Assembly: GCA_964234715.1 (NCBI GenBank)
Contig: OZ174282.1
Direction: 5' to 3' (one strand)
Source of the DNA: Podarcis melisellensis
Lineage: Eukaryota
Length of the DNA stretch: 64,000 nt
The position numbers and the translations under genes were made by a program. Shown here piece after piece: positions 1-11,924 of this stretch (the stretch's first letter is position 1; the number at the start of each line of letters is the position of its first letter). The notes under the pieces were generated by a model, which saw nothing but the letters and a program-made list of their open reading frames with translations, was not told where the DNA came from and searched no databases.

Positions 1-218
1 ATCAAGAGGAAGCAGCAGCATCAAGAGAGGAGGGCGGCTGCATGACTGGACCTTTTCTGGGGTCTGCAAGGGCCACGCCCACCTACCTGGTCACATGCAG
101 GGGGAGGATGTTCCAGACCAGGTGTAACAGGAAGTTCAACTGGCTGGATCAACATCCCCCTGTCTGTGTCCACTCTAGGCAAACAAGGAATGTTGTATTT
201 GACTGTGCCAATGGATTA

Positions 219-747
219 CCGTATTGGCCCAAATATAAGCCGCACCCGCACCTTTAAAATTCAAGACTTATTTGCAGGTGCAGCCCACCTCCTGGCACTA
301 CTGCCCTCAACGGGGGGGGGGGGGGGTTGGCACCAGTGCTTGCCACCCCACTCCCCAAGCCGGTGCCGGTGCTCAGTTCTGAGGGTGCTGCGGGCCACCT
401 CCCAACACTACCGCCTGCTGGCACTCCCTCCCCAAGCCGACACCAGAGGAGGCTTGGCAGTGGCAGGTGGCCTGTGCGCCACTGCCCCACACTCCCGGGC
501 TGCTTCCTTGTGGGGGGAGCCACACCGTTTTGCCGGAGGCCTGTCCCCCTTCCCCCTTCCTTACAGTGGCTTAGGGGAGGCTTGAGAGATGCAGTTGGGA
601 CGGGAGCTGTTGTCCCACACTCCTGACGGCCTTCGTGGGCAGCTCTTTCAGCAGTGATACTGTAAGGTCACAAATATAAGCCACACTTTAACTTTTCACA
701 ATCAGAATTTGGGGGGGAAAGGATGGCTTACTTTTGGGCCAATATGG
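219..747. mobile_element. Non-autonomous Tc1/mariner-Tigger-type DNA transposon (MITE)
   Basis: Imperfect TIRs of about 23 bp: CCGTATTGGCCCAAATATAAGCC and GGCTTACTTTTGGGCCAATATGG. Flanked by TA at 217-218 and 748-749. Confidence 0.75.
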
Positions 748-749
748 TA

Positions 750-973
750 CAGTAGTACCTTGGATTAAGTACTTAATTCGTTCCGGAGGTCTGTTCTTAA
801 CTTGAAACTGTTCTTAACCTGAAGTACCACTTTAGCTAATGGGGCCTCCTGCTGCTGCCACGCCGCCGGAGCACAATTTCTGTTCTCATCCTGAAGTAAA
901 GTTCTTAACCCGAGGTAATATTTCTGGGTTAGCGGAGTCTGTAACCGGAAGCGTCTGTAACCCGAGGTACCAC
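750..973. mobile_element. Tc1/mariner-Tigger-type MITE, CAGTGGTACC family, copy 1
   Basis: Begins TA|CAGTAGTACC and ends CCGAGGTACCAC. It is the reverse complement of the copies at 11699 and 19635. Confidence 0.8.
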
Positions 974-1156
974 ATCAAATGCATCCAATAATAGAGAAGC
1001 AAGGCAGGGGAGAATAATGCCCGCCTGCCTGCCTGCCTGCCTGCCAGCTAGAACTGTTGTAAGGATTACCCAGACGAAAGCCAAATAAAGGCAGAGCGTC
1101 TACACAGTGGCTTTCAGCCCAAGTCCGGGCTCCTTATATTGCACCCCACAATAAAT

Positions 1157-1350
1157 GTGGTGCAGTGGTTAGAGTGTCAGGCCTCGGAGAGTGGGGTTCA
1201 AATCCTGTTCGACACGGAGCCAGTCACTGCCCCTCAGCTTCACAGGGTTGTTGTGTGGATTAAATGAGGAGGGGAAGGCCCCCGTATAATACCTTCAACT
1301 CCTTGGAGAAGAAGGTGAACTATAAATGCAATCAATCAATTAATCAATCA
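1157..1350 (+). mobile_element. Degenerate tRNA-derived CORE-type SINE
   Basis: A-box-like GTGGTGCAGTGGTTAGAG, B-box-like GGTTCAAATCC, CORE-like CACAGGGTTGTTGTG and an (AATC)n tail. Confidence 0.55.
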
Positions 1351-1383
1351 GCCATCCAACCACATTGCATACCAATTACTCAC

Positions 1384-1500
1384 CAATCTCACAGCGTTTC
1401 CCAGAGAAGCCTGGGCGGCATAAGCAGATGAAGAGGTTAGAAGAGTATAATGCTTGCTTGCAGCGGCCCTCATTGAAGCACTGTTGCCTCCTGCTGCAGG
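1384..1500 (-). CDS. PLAT: PLAT EGF-domain exon (A)CSRRQQCFNEGRCKQALYSSNLFICLCRPGFSGKRCEI
   Basis: Six-Cys EGF pattern matching tPA. Acceptor ctgacag, donor gtgagt, phase 1-1, 117 nt. Confidence 0.95.
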
Positions 1501-4500
1501 CTGTCAGACAAAGAAGAAAGAGAACATCAGGTTTCCCCCGCCAGCAGTCGAGTGCTTTCAGTTCCTGGGCCCATAACCTCTTGGGGTGGAGGAGCAACTC
1601 AAAGGCAGAGTGGATACGTGGCTTGCAGAAGGTCTCAAGTGCACTACTTGCTGGTCTCTGCAGTTAAAAGGAGTTCTAGGGAGCCACATGGTGGGTCAGG
1701 CGTTTTCAACTACCCCACTCACTGCCTTTGGAAGCCTTGCAAGTTGCTGCAGGAGGAGGACAGTGAGCAACATCACAGGAGAGGTGTTCCTAGGACCAAG
1801 GCAAGACTGTCATGCTCCCGCCATCGGGTCCCAGGGTCCTATGAAAGAAGCTGCAAAAGTTTGGGTCACCCGCTTCATTGTCTCATCCTGCACCCAAACT
1901 GTCTCCCATATCTACCCATCTAATACCCACCTGTGCCTGGCACGATATGACAAATGATGCTGTTGGTCGCACACCGACAATATTCAAGTTCTTTTTCTCT
2001 TTGGCGTAGCCAGCTGTCCCTGAACTGGTAGATCTCTTGTGTTACTGGGTCTTTGCATACAACTGCAATCAGGAGAGAGGAAGGGCTCCTGAGAAGAGTC
2101 CCCCACACCACCACTTCCCACCCTCCAGGCACCAAACTCCCCTTTGCTCCCTGCTCAGCAGCAATGGTGGCTGGAAGTGGGAGGACATAAGCCAGGAGGC
2201 CAACAGTAGGTGGTGCCAGGTCGCCAGTGACAGGCAGAGCCAGCAAATCCTAGGTTTGTCACCATCTTCCTCCTCCCTGCAAAGCTCTACAAAGGGGACA
2301 CTGAGATGGAGGAGCAGGCAGGTGGGGGTTGTGGGACGTTATTATGGTCAAACCAACAATTCATGCTTTGCTAGATAGGCACATGAAGGGGCTGAACTGA
2401 TAGAACTTTCCTGTGAAATTTGCTAGAGAGAACTCTGTAAGATCACTTCCTCTGTCTGCCTTGGCAGGAAGCTATTACACTACATCCTTCCTTCCTGCCC
2501 GGGCAGTCTCCTTTTTCTTTATCCTGCTTCCAAATTGACCACACGTGCCCATCTGGGGTCTACAGCTCAGACAGCACTTTGTACTTTGGTAACTTAGCAG
2601 TTTTAAACCTGCCTTCATTTTGCTACTCTAACTCCTGCTTCAAGATCTAGATTATGTAAGTAAATACTACTTTTATTTCTTCACAAAACAATGTTTGTGT
2701 GATTGGTGTTTTTACGGGGGAGAAAAGGAGTAACACCAGGATATCCAGTCTGCCTTAAAACATCCTGGATTATTGTTGTAGAAGGTTAAATTAACCTTGC
2801 CTTAGCTTCCAAGTTTAAAAACTGCAAAGGATGGTACTCTGATCTTACAAATGTGAACAAGGAAGGATAACAACTAAACAATATATCCTCTCCTAGTGTC
2901 TAGATCCTTTCCTTGAAAGCAGACTGAGGATGGTAGGGCACTGCCCCATATGCCCTCACGAAGCAGCCTCCACTGCTCAGCAGTCACCCTCTTTCTGCCT
3001 CACTGCTGTCTGTGGGTGATGGGACCATTTTGGAGCCTGCCACTTGCCAAAGTCCATGTGTGCTGTAAAGGAGAAAGGGCAATGTCTACCTTCTCTTCCA
3101 AGTTCTTGGAAATACTTTCAAACCTTGTCAGCCAAAGGGAGGGTGGTAAATCCAAAATATTTTCCCTCCAGGGCAGTGCATTTGCATCTGCATAGGGCTG
3201 CCAAGTGACCATAACAACTAGACAGTCCCTGTAATATTAATCAAAAGCAAGCTTCTGCCTGGTCCTCATGGCTGCAGAGAAAAGTTTGAAAAACCATGTT
3301 GGGCAGAGCCTCCTGACGTCCCAGGAGCCTTGGGGGGCAAGGAGGCAATAGCTGGTGATTTTGGCCAGGGGGAGCAATGCAGGATTGGCAGTTGTGCTGC
3401 CTGATTTAAGCAGCCTGCTTTCTTCCAGTACACTCTGCAGTTTTAAAGTCCCCAGTGCTCACTCTTCTTGCAAGCAAACGGATCGTGCCATGTGGGTATC
3501 CGGGGTCAGCAACTTGGAATACTTGTGCAGCTGGTCCTGCCTGCCCGTGACCGTTCTGCTTTGGCCCTACGGTTCATTTATCCTCAACTTCATAAAACTG
3601 CTTGGCATTAAGCAGTGTATGAAATATTAATATTAATGGTGTTTCCTTGTTTCCAATGCTAGTCAGGCTCCAAGTAGCCTCATTGAAATTAAAGCAGCTC
3701 AGCCATGTCCATTAACTTCCATAGGTCTACTCAGAGTAGGACTAAGCTCTGGATAAATCCCAATACTATCATTAACAATAGCTACTTTTACGCTACTTTT
3801 GGCCTTGCCAAACGAATCCCAACTTCATTCCATTTACAAAACCCAAGTTATGAACAAGTTTTTGAACAAGTTAGGTCACAGATTTCCATGCTTGCTTAAA
3901 ATTCCAGTTACAGATCCTGAGCACGGAACGGGGCTTAGTTTGGTGCTCTTTGTGAGGACCCCTAGGACCGGGAGAGCAAAATCAAAATAGACCACCCAGT
4001 TTGTTTGTGACTATCTGCTCAAAATAGCACACCCCACTCATTCATTTTGGAACTGGGGTGCTAATCCTGGCTACTTACCCTTTGACCGAGCTCCTAGTGC
4101 AGCATACCAAGAAAATTCCTGCCAAGACACAGAGGGGAAATGTGGGCGTTTTTAAGGAAATACTATTGTCAGAGAAAGTCCTATTTCACAGCTACTTCCT
4201 AAGCTCTGGAGCAGCCTTCCCCAACCCGGAGCCCTCCAGATATTTTGGGCTGCAACTCCAATCAGTCCCAACCAGCAAGCTAGAGATGCTTTGCAGCAGG
4301 GAGGTGGAGTAGGAAGAGCTCCATGTCCTGCCATTCCCAAGTGAAGCAAAATGAGTTACGGGTTCTCAGGTGGTCCCTTTGTTGTTTAACTCACTTAAAC
4401 ACTGTTTTTTAAGAAGAGATAAATTGGCTGAGTAACCTAGTCCCCCCCCCCACCAGAGAGAATTTGATTGGGTGGAGGTGCCACTACAGGCTAAACTGGC

Positions 4501-5209
4501 ATCCTGCCTGAGGGGTGATGAGCGCCCCCCCAAAAAAAATGTCCAGGCAGGTGATGTTCCAGAGGCAGGGAGGGGCTGAGTCAGCCCAGGATCTACTGGA
4601 TCCCAAGCAAGTCCCAATGACGTTGCATGATAGCATGGGGTCCAGTTGGACTACTTCAAGCTGCTGCAACAATTGTCTGCCTGTCTTCCAACACATCTCC
4701 GCCCGCCAGCTGCTGCACCAGTTAGGATTGCTCCCCCAAACAGTGTGCAGCGCAGGACTTAAAACTAAGCACTGCACACTTACAACATTCTCTCTTGCTC
4801 CTTCTTGCCATTCTGGGGGGCGGGTGTGTAAGGGATTGAAGCAAGAGGCCATGCCCCATAGTGCTGTCAGGGTTGGACTTTGGGACAGACATCAGCAGCA
4901 GGGGCAGAAGGGGTCCCCAAACAGAGCAGAGCTGGCCTTGTAATGGAAGTGAAGCAATACATGACCATCTCAAGAGGCTCCCCATCCCTCAAACCTGCTA
5001 AGGTGATTTAAGTCCAGAGTCTAAAATTACCCAACTGCACCGCAAGCTGGAAGTCTGCTTATCCCTCTTCTAATGCGCTGCTAAGGCGGCTGGAAAGAAA
5101 AGCCAAAGTGAACAGACAGGTTGGCAGGATGAACTCTTACCTGGCACTGAATTGTGGCAAACCCTCCCAGCAGCAGGAGAAGTGGGGAAAGTCCTTGTCC
5201 CAGCCTCAT
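1384..5209 (-). CDS. PLAT: Tissue-type plasminogen activator, 5' part. Coding exons 5141-5209, 4079-4118, 1931-2062, 1384-1500; the gene continues beyond the window start.
   Basis: Four GT-AG exons splice in frame to give signal peptide, GARS propeptide, fibronectin type I finger and EGF domain, the tPA domain order. The gene is head-to-head with IKBKB as in other vertebrates. Confidence 0.93.
1931..2062 (-). CDS. PLAT: PLAT finger (FN1) exon (V)VCKDPVTQEIYQFRDSWLRQREKELEYCRCATNSIICHIVPGT
   Basis: Four-Cys FN1 pattern with SWLR and EYCxC as in tPA. Acceptor ttgcag, donor gtgggt, 132 nt. Confidence 0.95.
4079..4118 (-). CDS. PLAT: PLAT propeptide exon EFSWYAALGARSK
   Basis: 40-nt exon, phase 0-1, acceptor tcttggcag, donor gtaagt. 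Keeps GARS and supplies the frame needed between the signal and finger exons. Confidence 0.85.
5141..5209 (-). CDS. PLAT: PLAT signal-peptide exon MRLGQGLSPLLLLLGGFATIQCQ (exon including 5'UTR about 5141-5246)
   Basis: Hydrophobic signal peptide ending CAG|gtaaga. Upstream acceptor ttttcttttag at 5247-5248. Confidence 0.88.
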
Positions 5210-6326
5210 TCTGAAGTCTTTTCTCTTCCAAGTGTAATCAAGAACTCTAAAAGAAAACAGAGGTAGGAGAGAAGGCAGCTAAGGAAGACCTAACCCATCA
5301 TAAAACTGCAGACCTCTACTTGGAGGAAGGGAGTTGCGATGGCAAACTCTGGCCCAGGAGCTGACTGGCTTCTTCTAGGAACTTTGCCCAAGACTCGTGA
5401 AGCACACACAACAACGGATGGCCGGGCAGCAAGAGCGGATCTCTCAGCTGGAGAGCTGAGCCTGGAAGCGCAACAGCAGCTGCCGCAGCAGCAGAACATA
5501 TTTACTGGTAGATTCCAAGCCAGGCGCATCTGCTCCAGCATTTCAGCCCAGGCTGGCTGTTTGCATTCTGGTCCCTCCCTTTGGCTTGCTGACGAAAGTA
5601 GGTTACTTGGCCTGGGAGCAATGGGGCTTGTGGTCTTGGCTCTCTGCTCATCCGGGTGGCGGTGCTTTCACCTCCTTGACTCACTTCCCTGCAGCCACAA
5701 CAAGCCTCTTGTAGCCTTGAGTCGAGGCCAAGAGCCAGGCCTTTGACTGCTGCCCATCTGGTTTAACTCTCCTGCTGCCATATTCACAACATTGTGCCCA
5801 CCCCAAAAGAAGTTGTGGCTGTGGGTGCTCCATTATCCAAGTCTTCCTCCAAAGGCAAAATTTATTTTCTCCTTCCCCTTATCCCCATACTTTCCCTATT
5901 TTAAAATTGCCCTCTAAAGCTGCCCTTCCAGATGCTTTAGGCAAATTGGCTGAAACTGAGGGGAGTTTTGGCCCAAAATCTCTGGATGGAAATTTGAGCC
6001 CAAAACCTTGGAGGGCACACGGTTTAGAAAGGTGCTGCCATCCAGCAAGGTCACTGAAGGTTTCTGAAGGCCTCCTCCTGCAGAGCATCTTGGCTGTGAG
6101 TCCTGGAAGACTTGACCCCTGCCTTGCCGGCCTTTTCCCACCTGGCCTGGGAGGAAGGGCCCTGACTGACTCAGCTACAAAAGCTGGGGCTGCTGAAGAG
6201 GCCAGAGACCATCTTGGCTTTCTCTTAGCACAGACGCAGTTCTTCAAGCCTGAGCTTTCACAGCCAGCACCAACCACCATTGGCAGGACTGGCAGCAACC
6301 GCAGCAGGTATGTTATCTGTTTAAGA

Positions 6327-6463
6327 CAAGTGCTTTTTTCTGGGGGGACGCAGACCCCTAAACATTTTATGACTCTAAGTTTGGCCTCATTGGGGGGCAG
6401 TATTTCAATATGAGTAGGAAAATGAGAGTAACCCTAAACATTTTTTTAAGAAAAAAAGCACTG
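6327..6463. mobile_element. hAT-type MITE
   Basis: TIRs AGTGCTTTTTTCT and AGAAAAAAAGCACTG. 8-bp flanks GTTTAAGA and GTTTAAGG (7/8 match). Confidence 0.7.
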
Positions 6464-7225
6464 GTTTAAGGTAAAATTTTATTCTCTTGCTAATTGTGCT
6501 GTTTTAAATGTGCATTTTATATCAGACTTCCTTCTTTGAAATGTTTAACTTTTTTTGTTAACTTTGCTGTGTTAAATGCACATTCTGTAGTTGACCACCT
6601 TTATAAGGTTTTGTTTTGAAATCTTGAAGGTAATACTTTAGTTTCCTGTTAACTACATTACTTTGAATACATACTTTATCTTTGACTTTCTTCAGTAATG
6701 TTTTATTCTGGATTGTTTTATTTGATGTTTTAATTTGTTACAAACGGCTTTGAGACTTTTTCTTAAAAATATGAAGCGGTATAGAAAAGAAAAGAAAAGA
6801 AATAATAATACTCTGCAAACATTTTATTTGGATGTCTACAAAAACCTGAGTTTACTGAGTGAGGGTAGCACTGTACTGTTTGATAATGTTTGCATTTTAA
6901 AATCATATTTATCTACCTCAAGCCTGAGGCAGAAGACTGGAGAAAGATTAATTAAAACCCTTGCTTAAAGGTAGCCACCTGCCTAAGGAAAAGAAAAACC
7001 TCCCAAGAGGTTTGCATTTGCATTACTTCATTAAGATACCAAAGTGAGGCATCGGTCCATCCTGGAACCTGAAAATCAAGGAATGACTGGTGAGTTTGCA
7101 AGCAAAAGGAATACGTGTGTTTCAGTTTGCTTATTAGCTTAGGAAGGGCATATTAGGTTTGCATGAATGAATTTCTCTTCCACAGCCTTATTGAGAAGCT
7201 GTCTGCTTCCTATAGCCACAGAACA

Positions 7226-9082
7226 CAGGATTAACACTGGTTAAGAAAGTGAAATTAACTAGGGGTTAATTTAAGGATAATTATGAGAAATGTTGGATGG
7301 AAGTGAAAAAGGATTTAGAAATATGGTCAAATCTGAGGCTATCATTGCTGGGCCGAATTGCTGTGATAAAAATGAATGTATTGCCAAGAATGTTGTTTTT
7401 GTTTCAAACATTGCAAGTTTTGGATAAAATGGAGTGTTTCAAGAAGTGGCAGAGAGATACTTCTAGATTTGTCTGGCAGGGCAAGAAGCCTCGAATAAAA
7501 TTTAAGATATTAACTGATGCTAAAGAAAGAGGTGGATTTGCCGTGCCAGACTTAAAACTTTATTATGAATCAGCCGCTTTTTGCTGGCTGAGAGAATGGC
7601 TGCTTCTTGAAAACACTGACGTGCTGGACTTAGGTTTTAACAATGTATTTGGGTGGCATGCATATTTGTGGTATGATAAGGTCAAAGCACATAAAGCATT
7701 TAAAAACCATATTGTCAGAAAAGCACTGTTCAGTGTCTGGATAAGATATAAGGACTTGCTTGAAAATAAAACCCCAAGGTGGTTGTCACCGATGGAAGCG
7801 AAGGCTCAGAAAAAGCTCAATATGGAGGCCAAATGGCCGAAATATTGGGAAATTTTGGAACAAGAGGGAGACAGATTAAAACTGCAGAGTTTTGAAAAAT
7901 TAAAAAATAGAGTGCGAGATTGGCTTCATTATTACCAGATAATGGAGGCATTTAATTTGGACAAAAAAAATGGCTTCCAGGTAGAAAAATCAAAATTGGA
8001 AACAGAATTGCTAGATCCCCAAATTAAGAACTTGTCAAGAATGTATAACTTGCTGTTGAAATGGAACACTCAGGATGAAACGGTGAAATCTGCTATGATT
8101 AAATGGGCACAAGATGTTGGACATAACATTATGATGGCTGACTGGCAACAGTTATGGACCACAGGTATGAAGTTCACGGCATGTAATGCCTTAAGAGAGA
8201 ATATAATGAAAATGATCTACAGGTGGTACATGGCACCAGTCAAGCTTGCAAAAATTTATCATTTGCCCGATAATAAATGTTGAAAATGCAAAGAGACTGA
8301 AGGTACATTCTTTCACCTTTGGTGGACATGCCCAAGGATTAAGACTTTCTGGGAGATGATCTATAATGAAATGAAAAAGGTATTTAAATATACCTTTCTG
8401 AAGAAACCAGAGGCCTTTCTCCTGGGCATGGTCGGCCAATTGGTGCCAAAGAAGGATAGAATTTTCTTTATGTATGCTACAACAGCAGCAAGAATACTTA
8501 TTGCAAAGTACTGGAAGACACAAGATCTACCCACCCAGGAAGAATGGCAGATGAAGGTGATGGACTACATGGAACTGGCGGAAATGATTGGCAGAATCCG
8601 AGATCAGGGAGAAGAGTCGGTGGAGGAAGATTGGAAGAAATTTAAAGACTATCTACAGAAACATTGTAAAATTAATGAATGTTAGAAGGATGTTGGAATG
8701 AAGTTATGTGGTTTTAGCAGAAATGTTATAAAGGTTTAGGAAAAAACAGACTGTTAATTGGTGAAAGGAGGGAAAGTAAAGTTACATTATATTAAGATAA
8801 ATTACAGGACAAAAATTGGAAAAGATGGAAAGGATTTGCTGAAATAGTTAACCGACCTAGAATACAAAAAAGGGAGGAGTGAGGAGGTCAAGGAAACAAG
8901 CAAATGAAAGATGTTATGGGAAGATTCGCTGTGTTTTTTAATGGATTTTATTTTTTTTATTTTATCTCTCTTTTTTTCTTTTTCCTTATTGTGATGTGCT
9001 GTTTTGTTCTTGTTTAATATGGTGTTTTTACTTTTTCTTTTTGTAACCTTTAAAACTTTAATAAATATTATTTAAAAAATAA
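7226..9082 (+). mobile_element. 5'-truncated L1-clade LINE (ORF2 C-terminal part, 3'UTR and A-rich tail)
   Basis: ORFs 7297-8283 and 8356-8685 carry LSLLGRIAVIKMNVLP, GGFAVPDLKLYY and the CCHC knuckle KC*KC...FHLWWTC, broken by a TGA at 8281. AATAAA at about 9060. 33-bp flanking duplication. Confidence 0.92.
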
Positions 9083-9775
9083 TCCCCTTCATGGATCACT
9101 GCCTTGCCGTGGCGAAGGGGCTTGAAGAACTCAGAGAAGCTATGAAATATGCCGTGGAGGGCACCCAAGATGGACAGGTCATAGTGGAGAGTTTTGACCA
9201 AACATGATCCACCTGGAGGAGGAACCGGCAAGCCACTCCAGTATCCCTGCCAAGAAAACTCCATGGACAAAGACAACAGGCATATAAAAGTTATGATGCT
9301 GAAATATGAGCCCCTCAGGTCGGAAGGCGTCCAACATGCTACTGGGTAGTGATGTATGGAAGTGAGAGCTGGACCATAAAGAAGGCTGATCGCCGAAGAA
9401 TTGATGCTTTTGAATTCTGGTGCTGGAGGAGACTCTTGAGAGTCCCATGGACTGCAAGAAGATCAAATGCATCCATTCTGAAGGAAATCAGCCCTGAGTG
9501 CTCACTGGAAGGACAGATCGTGAAGCTGAGACTCCAATACTTTGGCCACCTCATGAGAAGAGAAGACTCCCTGGAAAAGACCCTGATGTTGGGAAAGATG
9601 GAGGGCAGAAGGAGAAGGGGACGACAGAGGATGAGATGATTGGATAGTGTCTTCGAAGCTACAAACATGAGTCTGACCAAACTGCGGGAGGCAGTGGAAG
9701 ACAGGAGTGCCTGGCGTGCTCTGGTCCATGGGGTCACGAAGAGTCGGACACGACTAAACGACTAAACAACAACAA
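9083..9775 (+). mobile_element. Internally deleted Bov-B (RTE clade) LINE: 5' head joined to 3' tail
   Basis: 5'UTR CATGGATCACTGCCTTGCCGTGGCGAAGGGGCTTG. C-terminal peptide MYGSESWTIKKADRRRIDAFEFWCWRRLLRVPWTARRSN. 3' end GAGTCGGACACGACTAAACGACTAAACAACAAC. Confidence 0.9.
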
Positions 9776-9991
9776 TAAAAAAAGAGAGAGAAGCTGTCTG
9801 CTTTCTATAGGCACAGAACAAACACATTTCTTTTGTCTGTGAAAAGGTTTTGCGAACCCACAAACCACAGGCAAAAGCGGGATGAGCAAACTCTTCCTTC
9901 AACCAGTGCTCTGCACCCTCCTTGTCTGGCTGGAATATGTCCTTGAAAGCTGACAGTGACTCTCAGCTTGCAGGGATGGAGAACAGAGAGG

Positions 9992-9994
<3 letters not shown>

Positions 9995-10040
<46 letters not shown>
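9995..10040. repeat. (GT)23 microsatellite
   Basis: Read directly from the sequence. Confidence 0.98.
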
Positions 10041-10043
<3 letters not shown>

Positions 10044-10333
10044 CCAGCCTCCTGTGCAAAGGCAAAATCCACATTTATTGCTCTGCCCCCCCCCCCCGAG
10101 CATGTGTCCCCCACCCCAGAAGGCAACAAGGCCCGTGGACAAAGAAGGGGCTGCTCTACACAAAGTGACATTTTGCAGGGCCCCACAAGGTCCTTTTCCA
10201 TGGTGGAATTGCTTCTCAGGGAGTCTCTCTTACCTCACTTCAGTACTAGCACTCCAGCAGAGAGACCGAGAGGGCTCAGTCAGCGGAGAAGGAGACTCAG
10301 GGTTGTGAGTTTGCGCCCCATGTTGGGCAATAG

Positions 10334-10544
10334 ATTCCTGCATTGCAGAGGGTGGACTAGATCAGTGTTTCCCAACCTTTGGTCTCCAGCTGTTTATGGA
10401 CTACAGTTCCCTTAATCCCTGACCACTGGGTCTTGCTAGCAAGGGATGATGGGAGTTGTAGTCCAAAACAGCTGGAGGCCAAAGGTTGGGAAACACTGGA
10501 CTAGATGATCCTTGTGGTCCCCTCCAACTCTACAATTCTATGAT
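10334..10544 (+). mobile_element. CR1-type 3' tail (CR1 or CR1-dependent SINE) interrupted by a hAT MITE
   Basis: GATTCCTGCATTGCAG...GGACTAGAT[MITE]GATCCTTGTGGTCCCCTCCAACTCTACAATTCTATGAT. Confidence 0.75.
10363..10498. mobile_element. hAT (Charlie-like) MITE, 136 bp
   Basis: TIRs CAGTGTTTCCCAACCTT and AAGGTTGGGAAACACTG. Perfect 8-bp TSD GACTAGAT. Confidence 0.92.
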
Positions 10545-11698
10545 CTATATCCTCTGCACTATGAATCTGCACTGTTGCCCTCTGTTTTTAAAAAAATCAT
10601 TATTGCTGTATTATGGTAGAAAAGTATTATGGCAATTTGCACATCTGAGTGCTTGGCACAAAATGTTGACCAGCATTTTTTAAAAAAGAAACCCAGACAC
10701 CACACCTGCTGTTCCCAGTGGCCAATGATGTGCAGAGCCCACTTTCTGTATGCTGGTGCCGGCGCCCTTTTCTCCAGCCAGCAACAAGGATGTTCCAAAA
10801 AGATAAAGCAATCTAACTGGATCCACATGTCAGAGATACAGCTGTGTTTACAGGGGTGGAAACTGAGTTTGGCAAGCACATCTCAAGGAAGCAAATGGTT
10901 CTAAGAACCCAAAGGCTGCTAGCTCCAACCTGCTTCCTGCCCCCAAAGCCCCTGCCAGCCAGCTCCAAGGATCAGCCCCACCAGAAGGGAGTCAGCCTGA
11001 TGCTTGTATAGAATATAATCCTGTATTAGAAAGAAGGAGAAATAACTTCTTGAGCCACAAAGAGAGAGCTGCCTCTTGTAGTTCCCTTAGCAACGCTCTT
11101 GCTTCCAGCGTAGGACTTGGCCGAGCCTGAATGGAAATTGGGAGCCCTGTAAGATGCTCTTAAATAGACTGAAAGCAGGGGGTTTGTTTTTAAAGAACTG
11201 GTTCCTAGTCTGAATTTAAGGAGGACAAACAGCAGACAGCTGACCTTCCTCTGAGGTACCAGAGGACATTAGGAAAATAGGGATCTGCCTTCTGTTGAGG
11301 CAGACCATTAATCCACCTGGGTCACTATTGTAAACACTTCCTTCAGCCCCATCCTACAAGTCAAGGATAAGGGCAGTGGTCGTGCAGCAGTGTCTGTGGC
11401 GGCACAGGCTGGCTGCCCCTGTTGTCCACAAGAAGCTTCCACTGGCCCATCGAGAGCAGTGCAGTCTACACTCAGCGGCAGCAGCTCCCTGGGGCTTCAG
11501 GGCAGGCCAGCCACACCAGGATAGGCAGACGACTGAAACCAGGACTTTCTGCATGCAAATCTGATGATGTCCTGTGGCACGGAGCTACAGCTGCCCTTCT
11601 GTGACTGAGTTAGACCTTCCCCAGGCTATTAGATTGCATAGTTAGCTGGATAAAGAGTGGCACAAGCAAATACTGACAATTAAATAACAATACAATTA

Positions 11699-11924
11699 CA
11701 GTGGTACCTTGGGTTACATACTCTTCAGGTTACAGACTCTGCTAACCCAGAAATAGTACCTCGGGTTAAGAACTTTGCTTCAGGATGAGAACAGAAATTG
11801 TGCGGTGGCGGTGTGGCAGCAGCAGGAGGTCCCATTAGCTAACATGGTGCTTCAGGTTAAGAACGGTTTCAGGTTAAGAACGGACCTCCAGAGTGAATTA
11901 AGTACTTAACCCGAAGCATCACTG
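11699..11924. mobile_element. Tc1/mariner-Tigger-type MITE, CAGTGGTACC family, copy 2
   Basis: TA|CAGTGGTACC ... ATCACTG|TA. Homologous to 750-973 and 19635-19852. Confidence 0.85.

Noticed and set aside
1-1383. PLAT kringle-1 exon
   Set aside because: No CY..G..YRG-type motif found. The region is mostly MITEs and a SINE, so the exon probably lies left of the window.
2330-2760. Possible old LTR remnant in a PLAT intron
   Set aside because: The composition is suggestive, but I could not define TG..CA ends or a TSD.
5290-6413. Cluster of 130-170 aa ORFs in PLAT intron 1
   Set aside because: No recognisable protein motifs in the frames I translated and no convincing splice-site pairs.
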